Source of the DNA: Azolla caroliniana
Lineage: Eukaryota; Plantae; Polypodiophyta
DNA length: 64,000 bases
Assembly: GCA_043228905.1 (NCBI GenBank)
Contig: JBHGNT010000089.1
Location: forward strand, 30,288-94,287
Reading direction: 5' to 3'
Shown piece by piece: positions 36,089 through 48,400 of this stretch. The translations under genes and the position numbers were made by a program. Within the stretch, counting starts at the first letter, position 1. Each line of letters starts with the position of its first letter. The notes beneath the pieces were generated by a model. That model did no database searches, was not told where the DNA came from, and saw only the letters and a list, made by a program, of their open reading frames with translations.

Positions 36089-38484
36089 TGGCTCACATGG
36101 TGAACGCAATGAACAAGGTTCTGAGGGATTGTATCCCGAACATCACCATGCCGTTTCTGGACGACGTCCCGATCAAGGGATGCCCGGTGGAGGAAATGGA
36201 CGAGACGATCGAACCGGACGGGTGCCGGAAATTCGTGGCGACGCACATCGATGATTGTGAGAAGGTGCTGCAAAGGTTGGAGGGCGCGAGGCTCACCTTC
36301 TCCGGGGGAAAATCGGCCTTTGGGCAATCAAAGATCATGGTTGTCGGACACCTATGCGGGTCGTACGGCCGGAAACCGTCTCTGGCTAAGGTAGAAGCCA
36401 TCTCCGTGATGAAGCACGACTGTAGCTCTGTCACGGAGGTTCAGAGGTTCTTGGGAGCATGCACATTCTACCACATATGGATCCCGCATTACGCCCACGT
36501 CGCGGAGCCGTTATACGAGTTGCTGAAAAAGGGGCGAAATTTTGAGTGGAGAGACGAGCATACGAAGTCTGTCTGAAAGATGAAGGAAGCACTTGCCGCA
36601 TCTCCGGCACTCCGAAAGGCTGTCTACGGAAAGGACACTCCGATTTACGTAACGATAGACACGAGTCCGACCGGGATCGGATGGGTCGTCAACCAAGAGG
36701 ACGAGGACGACATGCGTTTCCCAATCCGGTTCGGCGCGAAGGTCCTCAGCGAGCGATAGCGAGGATACGCCCAGGTTAAATGCGAGCTCTGGGGTATCGT
36801 TTTGGCGGTAAAGGCCAATAAAGACTACCTGATCGGGGCAAAGGTAATTATCGAGACGGACTGCCTGCCAATTCTTGGCATGGTTTCCGGATGCGCGACG
36901 CCGGACCTGGTAATGCTCAGGTGGATAGCGTACATCAAGTCCTTGAATCCGGGAATACGACAGATTTCCGGGAAAGACAATGCCATGGCCGACATGCTTT
37001 CAAGGGCGAGGTTCGAAAACGAGGGCGGCATGGTTTCGGAGGACGAGGAAGTCGGCGTGGACTTCTTCAAGGCGGCTCACGTAACAACCGGCAGGGAATG
37101 CACTCCAACGCTTAATGATTTTGACGAGAGCAAGTACGACGGGGAGTGGCTGTCGATCGGCGGGTTCCTGAAAACAATGACACCGGACGCGGCATGGACA
37201 ACGGACGAGGCCAACCGGATTCAGAAGAAAGCCTACCGATTCTTTCTCTGGGAGGGGTACATATGGAAGCACCCAAAGAAGAGGAACGACATCCCGCTCC
37301 GAGTGGTGGCGAAGAAGGAGGAACAGAAGGATTTGCTGGTGGCGTACCACGATAGTCCTTGGGCTGGACACCGTGGAATGTGGGCCACGTTCGAAAAGCT
37401 AAAAGGGAAGTACTGGTGGCCGGGACTATACCGGGACGTGCATCGGTTCGTGACGACTTGAGAAAGCTGCCAGGTACATTCCATGATCCGACACCGGGAC
37501 GAGCTCCACCCGACCTACCCTCCGACTGTCCACTTCAAATGGATGGTGGATTTGGTGACGATGCCAATGGGGGTAGGACAGATGCGGTATCTGGTGCTAG
37601 CTCGGGAGGATCTAACAAACCAGGTTGAAGGCCGAGCCCTGCAGAACAAGACGACTGCAGCCGTATGCTGGTTTTTGATTGAGGACGTGGTATGCCGATA
37701 CGGGTGCGTAGGGAAGATTGTGGTTGACTGTGGTGAGTTGGACGCAGAAGAGGCCGAAGAGCTGTTCGACTGGCTAGGAGTCAAACTTACGCTCACCACA
37801 GCGTACAATCCGGAGGCGAACGGTAAGGTGGAGCGCAGACACAGGCCAATTGTCAAAGCGCTAGTACGGGCGTGCAGAGGGCAAGTCGGGAACTGGCCAC
37901 AACTGCTACCTTATGGCTTGTGGGCGGACCGCACTACGCACAGTTCGGTAACCGGGTTCATGCCGGCCGAGCTTATGTTCGGACAGAAGCCGATCATGCC
38001 AACAGAGCGAACGATCTCCTCGTGGGCCACGGTGGACTGGAGGGATGAGATGAGCCGGGAGGAACTGTTGGCGGCGCGGATTTGACAGCTCGAGCGAAGG
38101 TTGGAGGACGTAGAGCGTGCCGTGGAGAAACTTTGGGTAGCGAGGATAAGGAACAAAGCCCGGTTCGACCGAACACACCGGCTCCGGCCAAGGAAGATCG
38201 AGGAAGGCGACTGGGTGGTAGTCTACGATAACAACCTCGACAATCAGCATAGGGCCACGCGGAAGTTTGCGAGGAGGTGGTTCGGGCCTTATGTAGTAAC
38301 AGGCGCCAACGGCAATGGGACGTACCATCTCGCGGAGCTCGACGGTACGAGAATGGCGATACCGGTAGCGGGGAAGAGTATCAAAGAGTTCAAGAAATGA
38401 CACGACGATGAGCCGGAGCTAGGGGGCATGGACAACAACGACAAGCAGCCCGAGGCGGAGGATGAACCGGTAAACGAGGGATAA
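36089..38484 (+). pseudogene. Element B RT C-half, RNase H, integrase
   Basis: PFLDD, HDSPWAGHRG, YNPEANGKVER, WFGPY. Many CGA/CAG-derived stops. Confidence 0.9.
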
Positions 38485-39598
38485 AAGCAAGGATCAGTTT
38501 TCTCCCGTAGGAACCCAATTTTGGCGCATACCGGTGGATGCGCGGTTAGGTGAGGGCAGATGTCGTGAAGAAAACCGTCCCCAGGCGCAAACCGTGTATA
38601 GTGTGTGTGAACCGGCCCTTACACGTGGGCACGCCCCTTGTTGTATAGTGGATAGGTAGGCACAAAGGTCAAATCCTAGGTAGCAATATTCTATAGGTGA
38701 AATCGAGGAGTATCTCTGTCCAAAAGGACAGAGAATTAATGTGATGTAAACGGGTGAAACAACCTCCCTCCTTGAGCTATAAAAGAGAGGGAGACAGGGG
38801 AGAGAAGGTATCGCGCGCTAGAGGGGACGAAGTGCTGTCGGACTGGGACCGAGCTCTTCTTCTCTATCGTTCTCCATAGCTTTCTTTTGCGTAGGTTCTC
38901 AGGAGGTTGATCCTGCTCCGTGGAACGCTCGTGTGCTTCCGGCAGAATCTCCATCTTGCTCTCCTGTGTGCGTGGGTGATCAGGCGCCGACATCCATCTC
39001 GCCAACCTGATCGGCTGTAACCGTTCGAGTCATCTGCATACATACAAATACATACACATATTTATATACATACGCTAGCGTTCTCAACTCGTGTCTCCTG
39101 TGTTGTTGGGCCGCGTCCCCGTGCGCTTCTTTGTCTATACGTGTGTGAGCGTCTCCCGCTCTCTCACTCTCTCACTCTCTCTCTTCCTCTTCTCACCTAT
39201 TCCTCGGTCCAAGACCCCAGTGGTCCCACCTTGTTCTCCACGCACGCGCGTACCAACGCGACAACGTTCGTCTTATACTATGTCGGCAAAATAGCAATTG
39301 TCGACTAAACAACAGTTTGGAGTGTTCCAAAGACGGCATACATCCGGTGCTTCATCGACATGAGCCTGTACAACAACTTTAATGAAGGAAGTAAGGCACA
39401 CGTCCTTTAGGAGAAAATTGATACTATGCTTGAAAGCAAGAATATCATGAATCGGGTTTCGATATTTCGGAAGTTAGATCATTCGTGTCTATTCGTTTAA
39501 CCACAACGCAACTTCTTGATAGAACGTTCGGTACGAACGTTCGTCTTATACTGTGTCGGCAAAATAGCAATTGTCAACCGAACAACACAGTATAATTT

Positions 39599-39669
39599 TA
39601 GCACGCCCGGTGGGACATGAACCCACAATCCCTTGATTAGATGTCAAGTATAATTTTGGCACGCCCGGT
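39599..39669 (+). other. Element A PBS with an embedded antisense copy of a tRNA-Arg(UCU) 3' half and a second PBS
   Basis: Reverse complement of 39599-39646 reads TGACATCTAATCAAGGGATTGTGGGTTCATGTCCCACCGGGCGTGCTA. A second TGGCACGCCCGGT lies at 39657-39669. Confidence 0.8.
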
Positions 39670-39703
39670 TACATCTGCACATAGCAGAGAACAAGACAAA
39701 TGG

Positions 39704-42700
39704 ATGTCGTCTGGCCTGAATACACCAATTGGTTGTAAACGTCCTCATACGCGTTCTGTTACGAAGACACTAGAGAGAGAATCGGCTGAGGGATTACAGC
39801 CGGAAACAAGTAGAAGGTGGTTGGTACTTCCTGATTTAACTGATAGCCCGTCTTCTGACGAAAATCAGCTGGAAGAGGTATCATTTTACGATATCTGGAG
39901 TGAGGACAATATGCCTTATCCGTACTCGAAGTTCCGCGAGGGAGCTGATGTAGAAGCGCATGTGAGGGATTTTCTGACAACATGGGAAATTAACCATGGA
40001 GCTTAGAGACTGTCGGCGGTAGCCGAAGATAAGTCGAAGATTGATGAGTTCGTTTTGTCATTGGAGGGTTATTCCACTAATTGGTTTGTGCAAAATGGTC
40101 TCTGTGGGTTCAAAACATTCGAACAATTGAACAACAAATTTCTGTAGTTATTTCATCGTCAAATACCTCGAAAAGATTTGATAGCGCAATTTTATGCGTT
40201 GTATCAGGAGCAACAAGAAACAGTGTCTCAATTCGTGATTCGTTTTTCAGAATTTGCAATTGCAAATTTCTAGGCCTATACCGGACGATGAATTGAAGGA
40301 TGTATTCCTTGAAGCAATTCGGGAACCATTACGAACAACACTGAAGGTGTTCGATTTCCGGAATCAGAATATCGAGCAAGTGATTGATAAGGCAATCAGT
40401 ATGGGCCGACAACCGATAAATGTACGGAGTATGAATATGTCAACACTAAATCGTACATTGCCAACAATGTAGGAGTTACAATTTCAATAAGCAGTTCAAT
40501 GTACTACTTGTTTAAATACCGGTCATTCGACGATTGAGTATAGTCTGCGAACACATTGCACAATATGTCATTCTAAACTTCATTCGGTCGAGCAATGTGA
40601 GTATAACTTGCTTAATAAGACGATGGCTCCGGTAAGACAAAATTTTCCGGAAAATGGGTACCACAATAACCAGAATTCGTTCAATAATGGATACTAATAA
40701 AATAGTTTTCCACAAGCTTAACAAAATAATTTTCAAAAAAATTAAACCTTTCAGCAAAATAAATTCCAGCAGAATCCAACTTTTCAACAAAATAATCAGT
40801 CTTTCCAACAAAGTAATTTTCAGCACAATCAAGATTTTCAACAAAATAATTTTGAAGAAAATCAAGAATTCTCGGTACCACCGAATATGCATCAGCAACA
40901 GCAAAATGGAGGATGGTTTAAGCAGAACCGGTATAAAAATAAAAAATTCTACAAGTCGAAAGCCTCACGACAGTTTCAGCAATCGCCGAATGATGGTCAA
41001 CAGTTTATGCAAAATGATGGGACTAGTCAGTTTGAGCAAGGCGAGGGAAGTGGAACGTTTGTTCCTACTTGCTATATTTGCCGTCAAACTAGTCATTATG
41101 CTAATCACTGCTTTGCTAAAGGGAAAGGACCGACGACGGTTAATATGGTTATACCGGAAATACAACAAGTAACCACTAGAAGCAAAAGTAAACAATCCGA
41201 GTGGGAGATTCAGGAAGCAGTCCGAAAAGCAACCAAGGAATGGGTAGAGGAAGCAAACAGAAATAATGTAAACCGGATGCTCCAAGACAATGAAATTAAC
41301 CAAACTACTGAATTACCAGGAGTGATTGTTGTACCAGAACAAGAGGAAGCTTGGAAGCTCTTGGCAAATTGCCAAGTGTCATTACCACTGACCAGATTAC
41401 TTAAGTTGGTCCCTAGATTTACCGAAAAAGTGGCGACATTGATTACCGAAAAGGGGTCAGAACAAGTATCGGTAAACTATAGTCAGCCGAGCACTAGCCC
41501 TTCAATCATGGATGAGCAAAATCCATCAATTAAGGTAATAATTCAAGGTCAGGAAATCGAAAATACGATTATCAATGGGGGCTCAGGAGTGAATGTCATT
41601 AATAAAAACACATGTGATAGGTTGGGAATTACTAAATGGGAAGCTTGCCCATTTTGGCTCAGAATGGCGGATACCACTACGGTACGGCCAATTAGTTTAC
41701 TTTGCCAATTAGAGGTGGTATTGGGTGGTCATAGTTTTCTGATATCAGTAGTAATTCTTTCTTTGGAAGCTTCGGGTGCATATCCTTTGTTATTAGGGCG
41801 ACCGTGGTTAAAGACTGCTAACATCAAGCAGAATTGGAATTAGAATCAACTAACATTCAGAAAAGGCAAAACGAAAATCCGGGTTTCGACACAAAACAAG
41901 GTTGCAACAAGCAAACAATGTTTGCATGTGTATGATGAGTCCGTCAATATGATGGAAGGATTAGATGAGGTCGAAGAAAATCAGTATTTTGATGATAATC
42001 CGAAAATTATTCCTTTGTTCGAATTAGATATTTTACAAGCTTTGACGCCATATGTGGATTCCCAGATGGAATTGCCAATAGATGAGCAAGCAATGAAGGA
42101 AATACGACTCCAGCAAGAAGCTACCGATAAAGAGATGAAAGCGTCCAAACGAGTTCAAGCTTCAGCATTGGTGGAAATAAATTTGGCAGAAGAAGATGGG
42201 GACAGTGAGTTGAAAACAATACTCATTGCTATGAATATGATAGAAGCGGACAAACAATTAACAACATTATTAAAGCAATATAAGGATGTCTTTGCCTAGT
42301 CTTTTGAAGATATGAAGGGACTAGATCCAACTTTTTGTCAACATCAAATCAACCTGCATAAGGATGCAAACCTAGTCCAACAATGCAGGTACCGATTAAA
42401 TCCTAATTATGCTATTAAAGTTAAAGAAGAAATAGATAAACTTTTGAAAGTAGGGTTTATTCGTCTGGTGAAAAAATCGACATGGTTAAGTTCAATCGTC
42501 GTAGTTCCGAAAAAGAATGGCAAAATTCGGGTATGTGTCGACTACCAGAAACTAAATGCGGCTACTGTTACAGATGCGTTTCCATTACCATTTACGGATG
42601 GTATATTGGATGCAGTAGCTGGCCATGAAGTATATAGTTTCCTAAATGGTTTTAGTGGTTATAATCTGGTTCGGATGAATCCGGAAGATCAAGAAAAGAC

Positions 42701-43888
42701 AACTTTTGTTACAGAATGGGGAGTGTTTGTAGCAGTAGTAATGATGTTTGGCTTGAAGACCGCTCCGGCGACATTTCAAAGAGTGATACAAGAAATATTT
42801 GGGAATTACATTCCTGCCTTTATGCAAGTATTTTTGGATGATTTTGTTGTTTATAGTCGGAAAACCGAACATTTTAAGCATTTACGACTATGTTTGGAGA
42901 AATGTCGAGAAGGACGGCTTAGTTTAAATCCGGCTAAATGTGCATTCGGGGTCACTAGTGGCACATTATTAGGCCATACTAGAAGCACCGGCACCCACGA
43001 ATGCTAAAGCTCTCAGTCGGTTTTTGGGGCAGATAAGATGGCACAACTGAATGATAAGATATCTTGCGGATATCGCCATTCCCTTACATACAACAGTACA
43101 CAAGTGTGGAACAAGATGCATATGATTGTCTGAAGAAAATGTTGTCCAAAGTTCCAGTTGTTCAACCACCTAATTGGAATAAGCCATTCCATGTTCTTGT
43201 CAACGCATTGGACATCGCAATCGGAAGTGCTTTAATGCAATAAACCGAACCAAATTGGTACAGGCCAGTTTTTGGAATGATCTATAGTGTCAATAAGCTT
43301 CGACACTATCTTTTGGGGAAAAAGTTTACATTTCATGTTGATCATTTGGCTCTTCTTTATTTGGTCTCGAAACAAGAGTTAACTGGCAAGTTAGCAAGAT
43401 GGACTCTTCTACTCCAGGAATTCGAATTCGACATTTTACATCGGCCAAGAGTACAGCATGCAGTGGCCGATTATCTCAGTCGACTGGAGTCAGGAGAAGA
43501 AGCCACGGGTGTCAAGGATGATTTTCCGGATGGTCAGCTTTTTCGAGTGGAAGCAGTAAATGCATAAGGTGTAAATGAAGAAAGTGAGGATGGTTGGATC
43601 TCAGAAATGACAATATTTCTTACAACAGGGTTACCACCCGAACATCTATCGGCAAACGAAAGGAAAAGGTTGGTGGTACGGAGTCGTAATTTTTTTCTTT
43701 TCAACGACACTATATAACATAAAGGAGTAGATGGTATTTGGAGAAGAACAGTACGACAATTCGAAAAATCGGTCATTCTTCGGGAATCGCACTGTGGAAT
43801 TGCAGGAGGACACTATGCTGGGGAAACCACAGCAAGAAAAATATGGAGCAGTGGGTTATGGTGGCCGACACTAATGAAGGATGCGGTA
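39704..43888 (+). pseudogene. Element A gag-pol (integrase core deleted)
   Basis: CYICRQTSHYANHC, INGGSGVN, VFLDD, HVDH, HCGIAGGHYAG. Stops and frameshifts throughout. Confidence 0.9.
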
Positions 43889-44515
43889 ATCATTGATTTA
43901 CGGAAAACATTGGCAACAACACAATTTGAGGCTAGAATGACTCAGGACGGGGTTCAAGCGATCATTAGACGTCACCGAATTAACACCCTAAAATTGGTCA
44001 ATGAATCGCTGGAGAAGGGGTGGAAAACATGGTCGGCACAAGCCACGGAGCTTCAGCTATTAAGAGCCGACAAAGAAAATAGGAAAGTTCAGGGCAAAGG
44101 CTTCCTCAAGATGTCGGAGGAAGCAATGACCACAGTTCAGGAAGATATTGCTAAGGACCTATACGACATGGCGGCTTATTTTAAAGAAGAAATTAACCGA
44201 ATCATGCAGGAATTCAACAAGCATGATGTCGAGATATCCGTCGAGTTAGACAATATCGAAGCCGAAAGAGTCACCAAAACACCTGGACTCGAGGCACCGG
44301 AAGCAGATACAAAAGTAGAAACAGAAGCAGAGCCAAGACCATCGACCGAAGGAACCCGACAGGAAAATGACGGGGAGTATACCGAAGATGAAGACAAAGA
44401 CGAGGAAGGCGTGGCAACACAGGAAGCTGAAACCTCATTATTCGACATTTTGCAGGACAACGCACACAAGGTTTTGGAGATGGAGAAGGATCTTTCCTCA
44501 GAGCAGCAGGAGTAA
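43889..44515 (+). pseudogene. C-terminal remnant of element A extra 3' ORF (coiled coil, acidic tail)
   Basis: Open frame fused to the integrase stub. SLFDIL matches SILDIL at the end of the element C extra ORF. Confidence 0.7.
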
Positions 44516-44524
44516 AGGGTTCCC

Positions 44525-44566
44525 GTGGGTTTGCCAGACAACGTCCTGGCCCACGGACGTGCCAAG
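44525..44566 (+). other. tRNA-3'-end-like hairpin at the PPT position, element A
   Basis: GTGGGTTT-GCCAGAC-AAC-GTCCTGGC-CCACGGACGTGCCA-AG then LTR. Confidence 0.75.
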
Positions 44567-45473
44567 TGTTACCCGGACAAGTATGGATGCATCGGAATCA
44601 GAAAGATGTTCAGAGTCAGAGTCGGAGTCGGATCGATAGTTCAGATCGATGACTCAGCAGATCGCCGAATAGGATATAGTTAGTTACGAAGTTTTGTAAT
44701 TCTTGTTAATTATAGGCAGTAGGATTTCTTGATGAGAAAAGACCTTCGGGTTACCTATAAAAGGAACCGAAGACATTGTAAAAATCTATCATTGTATTTA
44801 GTAATATGAATTTTGGTTAGGAAATCTCTGTGTATGGATTGCTTCTTGCCATCTAGTTCTTTCTGTCTAAACTATATTACATAAGTCACGATCTCAGTGT
44901 CTGTTATCACCGATAAGTTTATAGATCATTCGTGTCTATTCGTTTAACCACAACTTCTTGATAGAACGTTCGGTATGAACGTTCGTTGTTACCGGCCGGC
45001 AAAGGAGTCCAGAGTGGGAAACAGAGAGCTAATTAAGTAGTAGGAATGTGGTTGTAATTAAGCTATGAGTGTGGACGGACGGACCGGAAACGGTATGCCG
45101 TTCCGGATCCGGACCGATCCCGAACAGGTGAGGATGGCACCGTTTTGTAATACAGACTGGAAACCTATTTAAAGGCCCAGATACAATGTCATAGTTAGCG
45201 GTTAATTAATGAAAGCTTAAGCGTTGTTATCTCTCTGTGTTAATTGCCGTTCTGTCTTAATTGTTATATCTTACGCGTGTTATGAAAGACGATCCTAATA
45301 AGTAACTTAATTAAGTCGGATTAAGCGTTGAAGTCTAATCCGGTTGCCATAACACCCTTTGGTGAAGTGTCTCCCATAGACACCCTGTGTTAGGCCATTG
45401 TCCGGCCCGAAGAGTTAACACAGTTTTTGGCGACCACGATTCCTGTTTTTGCAGCGAACGATGGCACGGATGG

Positions 45474-48400
45474 ATGTCTAGATCAACGCACGACCTGGTT
45501 ACAGATCGAATTCGACGCCTTGCCGAAAGGCAAAGGAGACGTGAGGCTTTCCAGCAAGCGGCGGAGGAAATTAGAGCGGATCGCTCGTTTTCCAACGTAA
45601 TCCGGAGAGTAGCGGAGGACTCCCTCTGGTTACAGCAAACATCGCACCCGGACGACGGCATCAGCCTAAGCAGCCTCTGGGAAACCGAATCCCTTCTCCA
45701 CGCGTTGGCAAACGGAGAAGGCGAAGCAGAAGCCTTTTCAGCATATGAATTGGACTCCGAAGGGGAATACAGCGTGCACACGAACTACCGTAGCAGCAAT
45801 GAAACCCCGGGCGGACCGGAGGACGAAGGATCGGATACCTTACCGACACCGGAACCGGAATCGGAAGTGCTAACGCTGGAACCCCCGGAACCAGCAGAGG
45901 AAGAACGACCTCCGACACCGGAAGTCGAAGAGGAGAGGCCTCCGTCACCAAAGGAAGAGGAGAAACAACCGACGCCGGAAACAAATCGGGAAAGACCACC
46001 GACACCGGAGAAAATTTTGGAACGAGCACCAACACTACCAGCCCGTGCACCGATACCGGACGACGACATGCCGTTCTAGTACTCCAAGTATAGAGATGAT
46101 CTGGGTTTGGCGTCACATTGGAGGGACCGGCAGCAAGATGGCGCCGCACGCAGGACCCGTCTACCATCAACACCTTTGCAGATTTAAAAGCTAAATTCTT
46201 GCATTTTTTTCAAAAGGAGGTGGACCAGACCATAATGGTAGGCTTATTTTATACCATCCGGCAAGAGGCAGGGGAGAGCATTCCCCAATTTGTCATCCGG
46301 TTTCAACGGATGCATAGTCAGCTTGCCCGCGCACCCCCGGAGGAGGAATTACGGACGATATTCCTAAACGCCTCCGGGAACCCCTACGCACGGTTTGCAC
46401 GGTAATCGACTTCCACACAAGTACCATCGACCAAGTCATTGACCGGGTGAGAGAGATGGAAAAGACAAGCTCCTGGCTCACACTGGGAGCACTTCAACGG
46501 GCGTTACCGTCCGATGAAGACCTCCGGTTTCGGCAAGCAATACAGTGCACAACCTGCTTGAATTCCGGACACTTGGCTCTAGAATGCACTGTGAGGACGC
46601 AATGTGTAATCTGTCAATCCAAGAGCCATACAACGGATAGGTGCGAGTATAATCTGTTGAATCGACAAGCACCGCCCGTCCGACAAATTGAGCCACGCAG
46701 CAGCCGGGATGAAGAAGACGAACGTTGGCGGCGAATGGACCGTGACCGACCGGCACAGGATGTCCGGTATGGCGAGTGACGGGAAAATGATGTCCGTTAT
46801 GGCGATCGACGGGAAAATGATGTCCAGTACGGTGATCGGAGGGATAACTATAACCGGCATCATCGGTACCAGGATTACAATAGACGATACGAACAGTACG
46901 ACCGGGAGCACTCCCCCGGATATCGTCAGCAACGGGAGGAATACGGCAGATATAATGGGCAACCCCGTCAAGAGTACCGTAATAAGAAGAGCTATAACAA
47001 AAACCGGCATTTTAAAAAAGGCGGCTACCCCCGGGATCCGGAACAAGGAGCTCCAAGTTGGCAACCGGTACAAAACCCCGCGCGTACCAATAGAACCTGC
47101 CCCGGGTACAACAGACAATGCCGAATCTAGCAATACCCGGAAAGCCTACTGCTACTACTCCCGACAGGAAGGCCATTATAGTAACCAATGCCCGGTGAAG
47201 AGCTATGAAAAATGACCGGCAGTAAATATGGTAGTCCCTGAGGTGGCAGACCTGCAGCAAGTGACCACAAGGTCGAAGGGCATGGCCAAAGAATGGGAGA
47301 CACAGGAGACCATCCGGAAACAAGCAACGGAATGGGTAAAGAAAGCAAACGAGCAGAATGTCACAGACTTACAGCAGCAAAAGGAGAACACCGCAGGGCT
47401 TGCCGGCGGTAGTCACTCCGAGAACGAGTCATGGCAGGCGTTACAAGAATGCCAGATTACGTTACCACTAGGAAGACTCCTACAACTCGTGCCAAGATTC
47501 ACGGAAGGACTGAAGACGGCCATGACGGCAGGAGAACCATCACCGGCACCGGTAATCTTCTCGAATCCGGAGGAGGGACCAACAGTGGTAGACACCAGCA
47601 GTCCGGTAATCACTGCCATTGTAAAAGGGAAAGAACTTCCCGGCATAGTTATAAACGGAGGCTCTGGGGTAAATGTAATAAGCCTCCGTACATGTGATGA
47701 CCTAGGAATCCACGAGTGGGAGCCGTGTCCGTTCTGGTTGCGGATGGCCGATACAAGCTCAGTGCGGCCGACAGGATTAATACGGAAATTAGAAGTCACC
47801 GTCGGCGGTCATACATTTCACATCTCGGCCGTAGTGCTACAATTACAAGCACAAGGCGCATACCCGCTATTGCTGGGGCGGTCATGGTTGAAAACGACAC
47901 ATATCAAACAGAATTGGCGAAAAAATATAATTACCTTCCGGCGAGGAAAAGCCAAAGTACGGGTACCAACACAGCCAAGGACGAGCACTGGCAAGGAATG
48001 TACACCATTGTATGCGGAATGCGTCAACATGCTAGAAGGGTTAGCGGACGAAGAAGAAGCTCAATACCTGCAGGAAAACCCGAAGATCATACCCCTCTTC
48101 GAAATTGACATTGCCGAAGCCGTAGCACCATACTTACCGCAACCGGAAGAGGCGGAAGCAGAACCAGATAAAGACGCAATCCGGGAGTTACGGCAAGCGC
48201 AGGAAGCGTTGGAACGGGAAATGGCCATTTCACAGCGCGTAAAAGCATCGAAACTGGAAGAGGTGAATTTAGGCACCACGGACGAAGCAAAACCGGTGCA
48301 CATCGCCAAGGAGATGAAGTCCGGAGACAAAACGGCGATGATAACACTTCTCACAGAATTTCGCGACATATTCACCTGGTCATACGAAGATATGCGAGGA

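Larger units (their letters stand above)
21271..39263 (+). mobile_element. Ty3/gypsy element B, decayed; LTRs 21271-21969 and 38561-39263
   Basis: TGTCG...CGACA LTR pair and 4-bp TSD ACGT. The PBS and gag start are deleted. Confidence 0.92.

Noticed and set aside
41570-47670. Shared protease Asp>Asn (INGGSG) in A and C as a lineage trait
   Set aside because: A single G>A change in each of two decayed copies is enough to explain it. A family consensus is needed before claiming more.
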